This document shows positions 27,180-35,191 of a stretch of 64,000 nucleotides of DNA, in pieces (the first letter of the stretch is position 1; each line of letters starts with the position of its first letter). Position numbers and translations under genes: made by a program. Under the pieces are notes generated by a model. The model was not told the DNA's origin and did not search any database. It saw only the letters and a list, made by a program, of their open reading frames with translations. The DNA is from a virus: the IMG/VR virus record IMGVR_UViG_3300027987_000509. The stretch is one strand, 5' to 3'.

Positions 27180-27904
27180 TGCAAGGAATCTATGTCATAT
27201 TCGAAGGCTCAGACGGAGCTGGGAAGACTTCGACAATGAGAGCTGTGGCCGAGGCTGTTCGGCCATTGCTCTTAGAGGCAGGGCTACCGTCTGATCACAA
27301 AATTCACCTGACCCATCACCCTGGAAGCACGCCACTCGGCAAACATCTCAGAACCCTCGTCAAACAACCGGAGACCATCGACCCGACTATCGAAATCGAC
27401 CCAATGTCACGGCAGATGCTCTACATGGTCGATTGTGTCAGCTTTGCAAAATCCATCCTTGAACCCGCTGTCGAAAAGGGCGAATTTGTGTTCGCCGATC
27501 GCTCGGTGCTCATCAGTGCAATCGCTTATGGTTGTGCCGAAGGAATGAGTATTGATGAGATTCAGCGGATGTTCTCGATTTACGAACCACCGAAGGCAGA
27601 CCGCCTCTATGTGTTGCGGTGCCCGTGGGAGATCGCAAAAGAGAGGATGCTTCAAAGTCGAGGGGAGAAGGTCAAACTCGACTACTTCGACAGGAAGCCG
27701 GATGGTTTCTTCGACAAGATTGTCGAGATCTATGACAACTTGCTGACAGGTCCTCCGGAACGGATGGTCACGGTCAGCAGATCCGTTGCCTTGAACAACG
27801 TGATCTACATTGATGCCACTCAACCTATCGACAGAGTGGTTGAGGACATCCTAACTGATTTCCGATCTGTGCTGAGGCGTCACGTTTCAGCCTTCTCGGA
27901 ATAG
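27179..27904 (+). CDS. tmk: Thymidylate (dTMP) kinase
   Basis: IFEGSDGAGKTS P-loop, HPGSTPLGKHLR, VFADRS..SAIAYG. Confidence 0.9.
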   Translation: MQGIYVIFEGSDGAGKTSTMRAVAEAVRPLLLEAGLPSDHKIHLTHHPGSTPLGKHLRTLVKQPETIDPTIEIDPMSRQMLYMVDCVSFAKSILEPAVEKGEFVFADRSVLISAIAYGCAEGMSIDEIQRMFSIYEPPKADRLYVLRCPWEIAKERMLQSRGEKVKLDYFDRKPDGFFDKIVEIYDNLLTGPPERMVTVSRSVALNNVIYIDATQPIDRVVEDILTDFRSVLRRHVSAFSE

Positions 27905-28186
27905 ATGAATCAACGCTGACAACCAGCTACGTATTGGTCGCCGAGGCTTAACGTCTTCTTCATCTGTTTCTGGTGCTACAACTCGCAGCTTCATTTTTTC
28001 AAGACGTTGGCGAGCGACGGTATCATCGACGTTGAGAGCGACGGCCTCAATCACCTGCAGTCCTTTTTGGCGAAGGGTGAGAGCTAAATGTTGAAAACTT
28101 CGAGCCTTTTCTCGACCCTCAATGATCTTGAGGTCAGAGTCATAGGCCCGATACTCGAATTGTTGGAAGGGAGTTTTACTTTTCAT
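27887..28186 (-). CDS. Stand-alone protein resembling the N-terminal cytoplasmic domain of PilC/GspF
   Basis: FEYRAYDSDLKIIEGREKARSFQHLALTLRQKGLQVIEAV matches F.Y.A.D..G....G...A.S......LR..GL; no TM helices. Confidence 0.55.
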   Translation of the reverse strand: MKSKTPFQQFEYRAYDSDLKIIEGREKARSFQHLALTLRQKGLQVIEAVALNVDDTVARQRLEKMKLRVVAPETDEEDVKPRRPIRSWLSALIHLFREG

Positions 28187-28256
28187 GACGGATCGACTTG
28201 CCAATTGCACCACCACTCGCCGAGGACTCGATCATGTTCTCGTCAGTCTGGAAGTG

Positions 28257-28667
28257 ATGCTCAAGCATGAACATGCCAAACTCCCGTTCAGAAAACGTGA
28301 AACTGATGCCGGGTACGACATCTACTCTGTCGAACAAATAACGCTCATGCCCAATCGGGCAACCATCGTCCACACCGGCATTCATATTGCAGCTCCGCCC
28401 GGCTTCTATTATACTATCGAAGGCCGGTCGAGTTTGTGGATGAAAGGAATTTTCCCCAATCGTGGAATTATCGACGCTACTTACACAGGAGAAGTAGTAG
28501 TGTCACTGGTTAATGTCAACGAGGGACCATTCAACGTTGGCATCGGCGATAGAATTGCACAGATCATCCTGCATCGTCAATACGATGCTGATTTCAAAGT
28601 AGTGGAGGAGTTCAGCCCGTGCTTTAATGAGCGTGGAACGGACGGATTTGGCAGCAGTGGCAAGTAG
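28257..28667 (+). CDS. dut: dUTP diphosphatase (trimeric dUTPase)
   Basis: DAGYDI, GRSS, GIIDATYTGE, GDRIAQ, ERGTDGFGSSG. Confidence 0.95.
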   Translation: MLKHEHAKLPFRKRETDAGYDIYSVEQITLMPNRATIVHTGIHIAAPPGFYYTIEGRSSLWMKGIFPNRGIIDATYTGEVVVSLVNVNEGPFNVGIGDRIAQIILHRQYDADFKVVEEFSPCFNERGTDGFGSSGK

Positions 28668-28684
28668 CCTCCTGGAGAATAATT

Positions 28685-29029
28685 GTGACGGAGTACGAAA
28701 CATCGGGAGTACTACTCGCGAGGAGAAGCCAAATGGAGAAATTCGTTGTCGCATACGCGAAAATTATCACAGATAAAGAAGATGGGGTGTCGCTCGCCGG
28801 AGTTTTCTTCGGCGGGCTCGGTGATACGGTCGATGAAGCCAACGCACTCGCAAAAGACTGCGTCAATACCATCAGAGGAGGAACGATCCTGCCACGGGTC
28901 CTACCGATCGAAGGTGACGGCCAGCTTCTTGAGGCAATGTTCGACGCAACCGACAAGTTCGAACAAGTGACGGCTTACATGATCGAGGCGAACGAAATCA
29001 TTACCAGAACACAGAATCTTAAGAAATGA
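28685..29029 (+). CDS. Hypothetical protein
   Basis: 114-aa ORF, GGAG RBS. Confidence 0.65.
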   Translation: MTEYETSGVLLARRSQMEKFVVAYAKIITDKEDGVSLAGVFFGGLGDTVDEANALAKDCVNTIRGGTILPRVLPIEGDGQLLEAMFDATDKFEQVTAYMIEANEIITRTQNLKK

Positions 29030-29334
29030 TCTGGTTCAGTCAGGAATTCGCACTCGCCGGACAACCGCAAGACGCCACCGTTCGTCTTGAGGGTACCTAT
29101 AACGCACCAGACACCAATCTGCCTCGAATTCTGGTTCGCCTCTACGTCGGTAATCAAGACGATACAATCATTGTCAGAAATCTCTTCGAGAAAAATCCGG
29201 CCATGCTCAGGTACCAAGAGCCGGAATCAGATGATGTCTACGAGAAATATCAGCACAACGTACAAAAGCTGATAAGCAAAATCGATGGTATGAACTACGA
29301 AGAACTGGTTTCGTGGTGCAGTACCCCTGCTTAA
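29026..29334 (+). CDS. Hypothetical protein
   Basis: ATGA overlap with upstream stop. Confidence 0.65.
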   Translation: MIWFSQEFALAGQPQDATVRLEGTYNAPDTNLPRILVRLYVGNQDDTIIVRNLFEKNPAMLRYQEPESDDVYEKYQHNVQKLISKIDGMNYEELVSWCSTPA

Positions 29335-29354
29335 GTTCCTGCGGTGTATTCTGA

Positions 29355-29362
29355 CAAATATA
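29355..29362 (+). promoter_or_regulatory. Late-promoter-like motif CAAATATA, 4 nt before ATG
   Basis: Recurrent motif and spacing. Confidence 0.5.
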
Positions 29363-29366
29363 CCGT

Positions 29367-29831
29367 ATGAAACTCAGACTCATTGCGGAATCCCACGCGG
29401 ATCGGATATCCCGAGAGCAGTCGGCCAAGAATCTTGTCGTGACCTCGCTCATCAAGGTCAGGAACATGCTTGGGCCGATGGGTCTGACAAAACGCCCAAT
29501 CCAGAAGCACAGGGTAGTAGAACCAATCGGCGACCCAGGTGTATTCAGGGCATTCAACTCACTGCGAGAAGTCGTTCGTGCCCGTGCCCAACGCGATGCT
29601 CGTAGTATTCTGAACGGCGAAAATGCCGAGCGGATCGGCGAGTTTTGGGGATTTCAAGTCCCAACTGGCTGGTACGACGTCCATGCGGGCCAAATGGGAC
29701 GACCGACTGCAACAGGTGCATTCGATAATATGATTCGAAACACCGTAGAGCAAGCAGCTGGCCTTGAAAACGATGAGGCCGGTCTCGCTACCAAGGCCGA
29801 ACTGCTAAATCAGCTCGCAAGCCAGATCTAA
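29367..29831 (+). CDS. Probable internal head protein
   Basis: N-terminus MKLRLIAE|S; late-like promoter. Confidence 0.7.
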   Translation: MKLRLIAESHADRISREQSAKNLVVTSLIKVRNMLGPMGLTKRPIQKHRVVEPIGDPGVFRAFNSLREVVRARAQRDARSILNGENAERIGEFWGFQVPTGWYDVHAGQMGRPTATGAFDNMIRNTVEQAAGLENDEAGLATKAELLNQLASQI

Positions 29832-30175
29832 GAATCGTCCACGTGGGTAATAAGCCTGAAGTCGGCCAACACGTCGACAATCCTCTTGGTGAAACTGGCA
29901 AAATCTGGCTCCGCGATGTCTGGGACAACCGCTTCTTGGAGCAAATCCTTGTAGGCCATTGGTCCGCCAGCCCACATTACTCGAACACCGGTATTTGGCG
30001 GTGGTGCTCCGATGTTGAAGAGGACCAGAATCAGTTCACCATCAACGCCGACTTCCAATGCTTGTGAGTAGTCGAGATATGAGCAGTCCACGTGCTCAGA
30101 ACCGATTTTGCATCGGTACTTCTCACTAAGCACCTCGAACAGGTGCTGCCGGACTGCTTTGTTGATGATGTCCAT
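29828..30175 (-). CDS. Hypothetical protein
   Basis: 115-aa ORF, GGAGGGG RBS. Confidence 0.6.
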   Translation of the reverse strand: MDIINKAVRQHLFEVLSEKYRCKIGSEHVDCSYLDYSQALEVGVDGELILVLFNIGAPPPNTGVRVMWAGGPMAYKDLLQEAVVPDIAEPDFASFTKRIVDVLADFRLITHVDDS

Positions 30176-30617
30176 CTATAGACCCCTCCACGTCCTTGTT
30201 GCCAGTCTCTTCATCTTCGTAAATTGGAGCGTAGATTTCGAGCTTGTAAGTCGGCTTCACAATGCCCGGTAAATCCAATTCGAGCGAATCTTCGCTTTTC
30301 TCGTTGGTTCGGCCTTCTTGAGTCAGCTGGCCATCCCGGTATAACTTCCACCGATAGCCAGGAGCTGGTTTGCCTTTATGCTTGACAGTGAGGGCACCTT
30401 CCCAACCGAGCATAGCACCAGGTGGCGTAGGTTGCTTCATACCAACCAGCGGGCGTCTACGAAGCTTCCTATCGATTTCGATGAAGACTTCGTTGACTGC
30501 TTCTTTGTGGATTTGGTATTGGGACTTGCTTATGCTGTCTTTGCATTCAAATACAAATTCGGCGGCAAGTTCATACGTCAGATCGTTCGAACTTCCGCCG
30601 CTTTGTGAAAAGGGCAT
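30126..30617 (-). CDS. Hypothetical protein
   Basis: 163-aa ORF in minus-strand run. Confidence 0.6.
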   Translation of the reverse strand: MPFSQSGGSSNDLTYELAAEFVFECKDSISKSQYQIHKEAVNEVFIEIDRKLRRRPLVGMKQPTPPGAMLGWEGALTVKHKGKPAPGYRWKLYRDGQLTQEGRTNEKSEDSLELDLPGIVKPTYKLEIYAPIYEDEETGNKDVEGSIDGHHQQSSPAAPVRGA

Positions 30618-30946
30618 TTGAACACCGGTGTCTTAGTAAGGCTCTGGAACCTGTCGGCTGCATCATCGAATACGAAATCGCAATGCTCAGCCATACGTGC
30701 TTTGTTCGCAGCTCCTTCGTCAACCGGACCAGTTTGCATCAGAGACGGGTCGATGTTCTTAGGGTCAATACCGAGAGCCCTAAGCCGCTTTTCGTCCTCT
30801 GGCCACTGTCGAAGTAGATGGTTGCTGGTGCAATAGAATTTGTGGCCAGCTTCGACCATTGCCGCTATGAACGGCACAAAGAATCCGGGGAAACCGTAAA
30901 CTGTATGATCGAGATCAACACCAATCTTTAGCTGGGCATGTTCCAT
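30578..30946 (-). CDS. Small HAD-superfamily phosphatase (NT5C-like)
   Basis: Motif I IGVDLDHTV; motif IV FVFDD. Confidence 0.7.
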   Translation of the reverse strand: MEHAQLKIGVDLDHTVYGFPGFFVPFIAAMVEAGHKFYCTSNHLLRQWPEDEKRLRALGIDPKNIDPSLMQTGPVDEGAANKARMAEHCDFVFDDAADRFQSLTKTPVFKCPFHKAAEVRTI

Positions 30947-33441
30947 TAAGTGACTTCTAGCTGGCCATAGGTGAATTCGTTGAACAGCGTGAGCTGCGTT
31001 CTCACGTCCATTCTACGTACCTTGGCACCTGGCCAGAGTCTGAGCCCCGCTTTTCCGTGCTCCTTATTTGCGTCCTGCTCGATCGGGAAGTACGGAGTGT
31101 CGATGTCAACAGGTGTTGGGAGACCTGCACTGAGAGTAGTGCTTGGCGGTATCAGAAGTTGATTCCACCAGATCCAGACTTGGTCATCTCTGACCATCAC
31201 CTCAAGCCTGTTCCAGAATTCGTCCTGTGTTCCACCGATGACAGCACCGCCATCGTAGACGACAAATCCTTCTGGCGATGCACTGGGTTGAGTTCCGACC
31301 CCAGTGAAGGTACCGGCCTGAGAATAGACGGCACTCACTGCATAACCGGGAGCGAGACCACGGACGTAATCGTCCAAATCGTCTCCGGCGATGTCTTCTT
31401 CGTATGGCAGACTCATGTCGAGTGTGCCAACTTTGAATTGAATCTCTACCAGCCCGGTGGCGGAGTTGAACGAGAATTCGACTCGTACCACGGGGGAGGT
31501 GTACTCCTGATGAAGCAACTCGCAAATATCGCCAACGTCCCCAGGATAAGGAGTATTGGCAGTAGCATCACCAGTGAGCACAATAGAATCGCAACCGTCG
31601 AGGGCGATTGGCGGGAAACCGCCTGTCGGTTCAGTGCCGACCGTAGGGTCTTCGACCGCTGTCGGGAAGACGAACTTTCGTGTGTAATTGAAGATGATGT
31701 TGTGGTTGGAATCTGGCGAGAGGACTCGGAGGGTTCCGAACGGTGGTAGATCATGGAAGTGGACTCCACAAACACGGACGTAGTTCAATCCATTAACAAC
31801 ACCTTTGCCGAGGACTCGAACATATTTGTTCGTATTCTCGTCGATGTCGCCACGGATAATAACGTCGAACGGAACGAAATCCGAGCTATCCGGCCTGCCG
31901 ATATCAGCTCTGATCAGCATATTGCAAAGATTGTGCCGATTCCAGAGCCAGACCGGTCGTTCGCTGAAATCGTCAGGGACCACCGAGCTTGCAACGATCT
32001 TCAACCCAGGCAAAGCCGTATCGATGATTGCTCTGTGTTGCAGGCTCAAATCAGCATCGTCAGTTCCAACCGCAGATGCAACATCGAAGCTGAACAGAGG
32101 ATCGTCGTACCCAGTAAGACCCCAAAGAGTGCGTTCCAGGACTCTGATCGCAGAAACCTGAACCGCTGCGTCTTTGTCCTCACTACCGCCTCCCGGCACC
32201 AACTCTTCGCGAGCGATGGCGACGTCCCCGAATTGTGCCTTACCGACCCAAGTCCAAGCATGGTTCGGGTTGAAACGTGGCTTCTCTCTGAAGTAATACC
32301 GTAGGATCGGCTCGCCAGAGACTTCGCCGACCTTGAAGAACCACAAATTGACCAACGTACCGATCGGCAGCAAGTCGATCGTGTTGTCAAGAACCAGTGC
32401 CTTTGGATTGCTGCCGGAAGCCGGATTTTCCGGATTCTGGTACATCCAGACGTTCGTAGCTGTGAATGGATCACCGATTGCGGTTGCCCCATCCACGTCC
32501 CATTCTCGAACCGTGTATTGGTTTGTGCTCAGAATGGTCGCTGTGTAATCGACCACGACGCCCATCTTCTTCGAGATGAGATGACCGTTGTAGAGGAGCG
32601 ATCCAAGAAGGCCGGGAGTCGTTTCAGCGTTGAGATCGAAACGAAGCTGATTGCCTTCGTCGTCTTTTCCCATGAACCAGACCATCTCCGGCACACCAGC
32701 AGCACCAGGAGTGAAAGCCCAGCCGATTTCTGTCTGAAGCAGATTGTTCGAATCACGCTTCAAGACCATCTCGTGCTCAGCGGCACCAGGAACGATCGAG
32801 TCGTCATATCGCTTGAAGATCCAGGCTGGGTATTGCCCTTTGTTTTGTAGTGTCGCGGCAGTGTTGTTCGGATCGGCGATGGTCGATTCTGGGAAGAGGT
32901 AGACCTTCATTTCGCCGTAAGAATTGACTCCTGGCAGCTTACCGCCACAGGTCGGCGGTCGAATCGAGGCAGTATCGGTCTCGTCTTGTACCCAGAAGAT
33001 CTGTTGACATTCTTCGCAAGCACAGTTGAGCGGAATCGGGCTGTCGACGGTGAACCTGACGACGTTTCCGATTCTCTCGAGGCTGATGAATTCGGTACCA
33101 GCCGCAAGGATGATATCTCCCTGCATCCAGCCGCCATCGTCTGGGAACCCTGCACCTTGGAATCCCAAGACGCCGATGCGAGTCTGTAGCAACGCATCAA
33201 GCTTGCATTTGTCGTCGTTCGACATCAAACCCGGTGTGTCGCACGTGGCGTTCGGGACCGGGTCTTCTGCGATGTGCGTTGCACCGTGGAAACTCGGGAA
33301 GAGTACCTGCGATTCTTTGAAGTACAGTGCACGCTGTTGTTTGTCGTAGTGATAACCAGTCGTGATCCCATCGGGACCCTGGACTTGTACGAACTGGCCA
33401 TCTGCAAGACTTGTGTGCGGAGGGACGGTTACTAAAGCCAT
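30946..33441 (-). CDS. Putative virion structural (tail/baseplate/fibre) protein
   Basis: VPNATCDTPGLMSNDDKCKLD motif shared with 10691 and 12022 genes; beta-rich, acidic, 831 aa. Confidence 0.65.
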   Translation of the reverse strand: MALVTVPPHTSLADGQFVQVQGPDGITTGYHYDKQQRALYFKESQVLFPSFHGATHIAEDPVPNATCDTPGLMSNDDKCKLDALLQTRIGVLGFQGAGFPDDGGWMQGDIILAAGTEFISLERIGNVVRFTVDSPIPLNCACEECQQIFWVQDETDTASIRPPTCGGKLPGVNSYGEMKVYLFPESTIADPNNTAATLQNKGQYPAWIFKRYDDSIVPGAAEHEMVLKRDSNNLLQTEIGWAFTPGAAGVPEMVWFMGKDDEGNQLRFDLNAETTPGLLGSLLYNGHLISKKMGVVVDYTATILSTNQYTVREWDVDGATAIGDPFTATNVWMYQNPENPASGSNPKALVLDNTIDLLPIGTLVNLWFFKVGEVSGEPILRYYFREKPRFNPNHAWTWVGKAQFGDVAIAREELVPGGGSEDKDAAVQVSAIRVLERTLWGLTGYDDPLFSFDVASAVGTDDADLSLQHRAIIDTALPGLKIVASSVVPDDFSERPVWLWNRHNLCNMLIRADIGRPDSSDFVPFDVIIRGDIDENTNKYVRVLGKGVVNGLNYVRVCGVHFHDLPPFGTLRVLSPDSNHNIIFNYTRKFVFPTAVEDPTVGTEPTGGFPPIALDGCDSIVLTGDATANTPYPGDVGDICELLHQEYTSPVVRVEFSFNSATGLVEIQFKVGTLDMSLPYEEDIAGDDLDDYVRGLAPGYAVSAVYSQAGTFTGVGTQPSASPEGFVVYDGGAVIGGTQDEFWNRLEVMVRDDQVWIWWNQLLIPPSTTLSAGLPTPVDIDTPYFPIEQDANKEHGKAGLRLWPGAKVRRMDVRTQLTLFNEFTYGQLEVT

Positions 33442-33532
33442 TTGGAGTACTCCAGGTGATCGCCATATTTACAGTATGTTTGGTGCGATCTGCTTTGCGA
33501 GCGGGATTTTCGGCCAACGTTTTTATCTTTGT

Positions 33533-35188
33533 CTACCATAGGAATATAAAATCCGGGGTCTGAGCATGGCACCGAGCTTTCACTTGAATAATTGACGACG
33601 GCTTGTACTTGGCCTGCATCGATGCTTTCTCATTCCGTTGGACAAAGACCATCATCCGTCTTGCCTTCGACGCGTACTGCATTGCGTTAGAAATATCGCA
33701 CTTCCGCAGATCGTTGTCTAGGAGGACCAAGTCGACAACCCCGCCGTCGTATTCTTCGTATTTCAGTCCGGTGAAGTCGCACAACCCTTTCTCTATGGCG
33801 GTCTGGACTTTCTGATTCGATTCTGTCACATAGGTGAGGCCGTTCAAAGCACAAGCAACCGCACGGCTGCCGTGATTCGGTGTCAGATCAAGAATGCGAC
33901 CTTTGATCCCCAATCTCTTCAGAACAATTGAGTAAAAGCCGGGATCAATTACTCTAGGTACGTCTCTGTTAGACACGTACATCATTGAACGATAAAATTG
34001 GTGCGTGTCGTAAGCTTCTAACTTATGCTGCACCATATTATTCAGGGCCTTCAGAGTCCAACGCGGGCTCCTGATAGTTTCCCACAACTCTCGAAAATCG
34101 AAGAATTGTTCAACCATCCGGCGTCCCGGTGGCGGTCTCGTCCCGTATCGCGGAAATGCCGTAAACGTGCTCTTCTTGAGGTACTTTGCCGGATTTAGAT
34201 TCCGCAGCTTGCCCCACTCTTCGTTCAAGACCCACTCTGGATAATCTGGGTCGATCCATCCTCGCTGAGTGATCTGCCGAGCAAATTCATGAACTGCCAT
34301 ACGCCGCTCAATGAAACTTGCTTGCCGCCACTGAGCCATTGGAATGATGATATGTGCCGCGTACGAATCTTGACCAAGATCTGACTCGTATTGCCTCAAA
34401 ACTGGCGGCACCTTTTCTAGTCGGCTTTGCTCTTTGGTGATCGTGAACGATCGCGGTATCCGACTGGCTCCTTGCTTTACAGACTTGTCCGGATAGTATG
34501 TCTCCCAGTAATAGTTGTAGAATCTGACATGGATGTGATCTTGACGAATGAAGCACTTCCGGACTATCGGCTGCTCCTCAAGACATGATACGAGTCGTCG
34601 GCACCAGACCTTTACTTGTTTCTGCTTTGCGAATGTTTCTCTGGCAGTCCGGACCGGAATCCGGAATCGAACAAGCCACTTCGTGAAGGCGGCTGTTGTG
34701 ATGCCAGCCATTTTAGCACATTTGGACTGGCTAAGGCCCTGTTCGACGTAATGCTCATGAACCCACGCCTTATTGTAGTACGGATTCTGTGGGTCTGTCG
34801 CGTCGATTCGTTCGGTTATTTTATAGCGGTCGAGTCTGCGACGAATTGTCCTTCGCGATACTCCGAGAGCTTGGGAAATCGATAGAATGGAATATCTGAG
34901 AACCGCTTTCTGGAGCCATTCTGGTGTGTCCCAGTTTTCTGGAACCTCGATGTTGACTACTTTTCTATGGCGGGTCGTCGGCCTTTTCTTGACGGGCTTC
35001 CCGCCAAGCCCCGCAAGCTTCTTCAATTCGCGAATGTAATTGAGGCTGCGGCTTGCGATCAGAGCATGATCGGCGGTGCGTAGATGCGGGTACGATTCGA
35101 ACCACCGTCGTAGGGCTTTTGGGTCCTTCTTGTTGACGGCGGCGAATTTTGGGCGGAGTTGCTCAATCTCATCGTGGTAAGTGCTCAC
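33533..35188 (-). CDS. Multi-HTH protein fused to a degenerate SAM-dependent DNA methyltransferase-like domain
   Basis: HTHs ISQALGVSRRTIRRRL and LSQSKCAKMAGITTAAFTKWL; ILDLTPNHGSRAVA motif-I-like; DLVLLDND where DLhhTSPPY is expected. Confidence 0.55.
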   Translation of the reverse strand: MSTYHDEIEQLRPKFAAVNKKDPKALRRWFESYPHLRTADHALIASRSLNYIRELKKLAGLGGKPVKKRPTTRHRKVVNIEVPENWDTPEWLQKAVLRYSILSISQALGVSRRTIRRRLDRYKITERIDATDPQNPYYNKAWVHEHYVEQGLSQSKCAKMAGITTAAFTKWLVRFRIPVRTARETFAKQKQVKVWCRRLVSCLEEQPIVRKCFIRQDHIHVRFYNYYWETYYPDKSVKQGASRIPRSFTITKEQSRLEKVPPVLRQYESDLGQDSYAAHIIIPMAQWRQASFIERRMAVHEFARQITQRGWIDPDYPEWVLNEEWGKLRNLNPAKYLKKSTFTAFPRYGTRPPPGRRMVEQFFDFRELWETIRSPRWTLKALNNMVQHKLEAYDTHQFYRSMMYVSNRDVPRVIDPGFYSIVLKRLGIKGRILDLTPNHGSRAVACALNGLTYVTESNQKVQTAIEKGLCDFTGLKYEEYDGGVVDLVLLDNDLRKCDISNAMQYASKARRMMVFVQRNEKASMQAKYKPSSIIQVKARCHAQTPDFIFLW

Positions 35189-35191
35189 GCC

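Noticed and set aside
31057-32304. Long antisense ORFs (31057..31749, 31753..32304; likewise 53520..54302, 16506..17108, 37604..38149)
   Set aside because: Shadows of real genes on the opposite strand, with no motifs or RBS.
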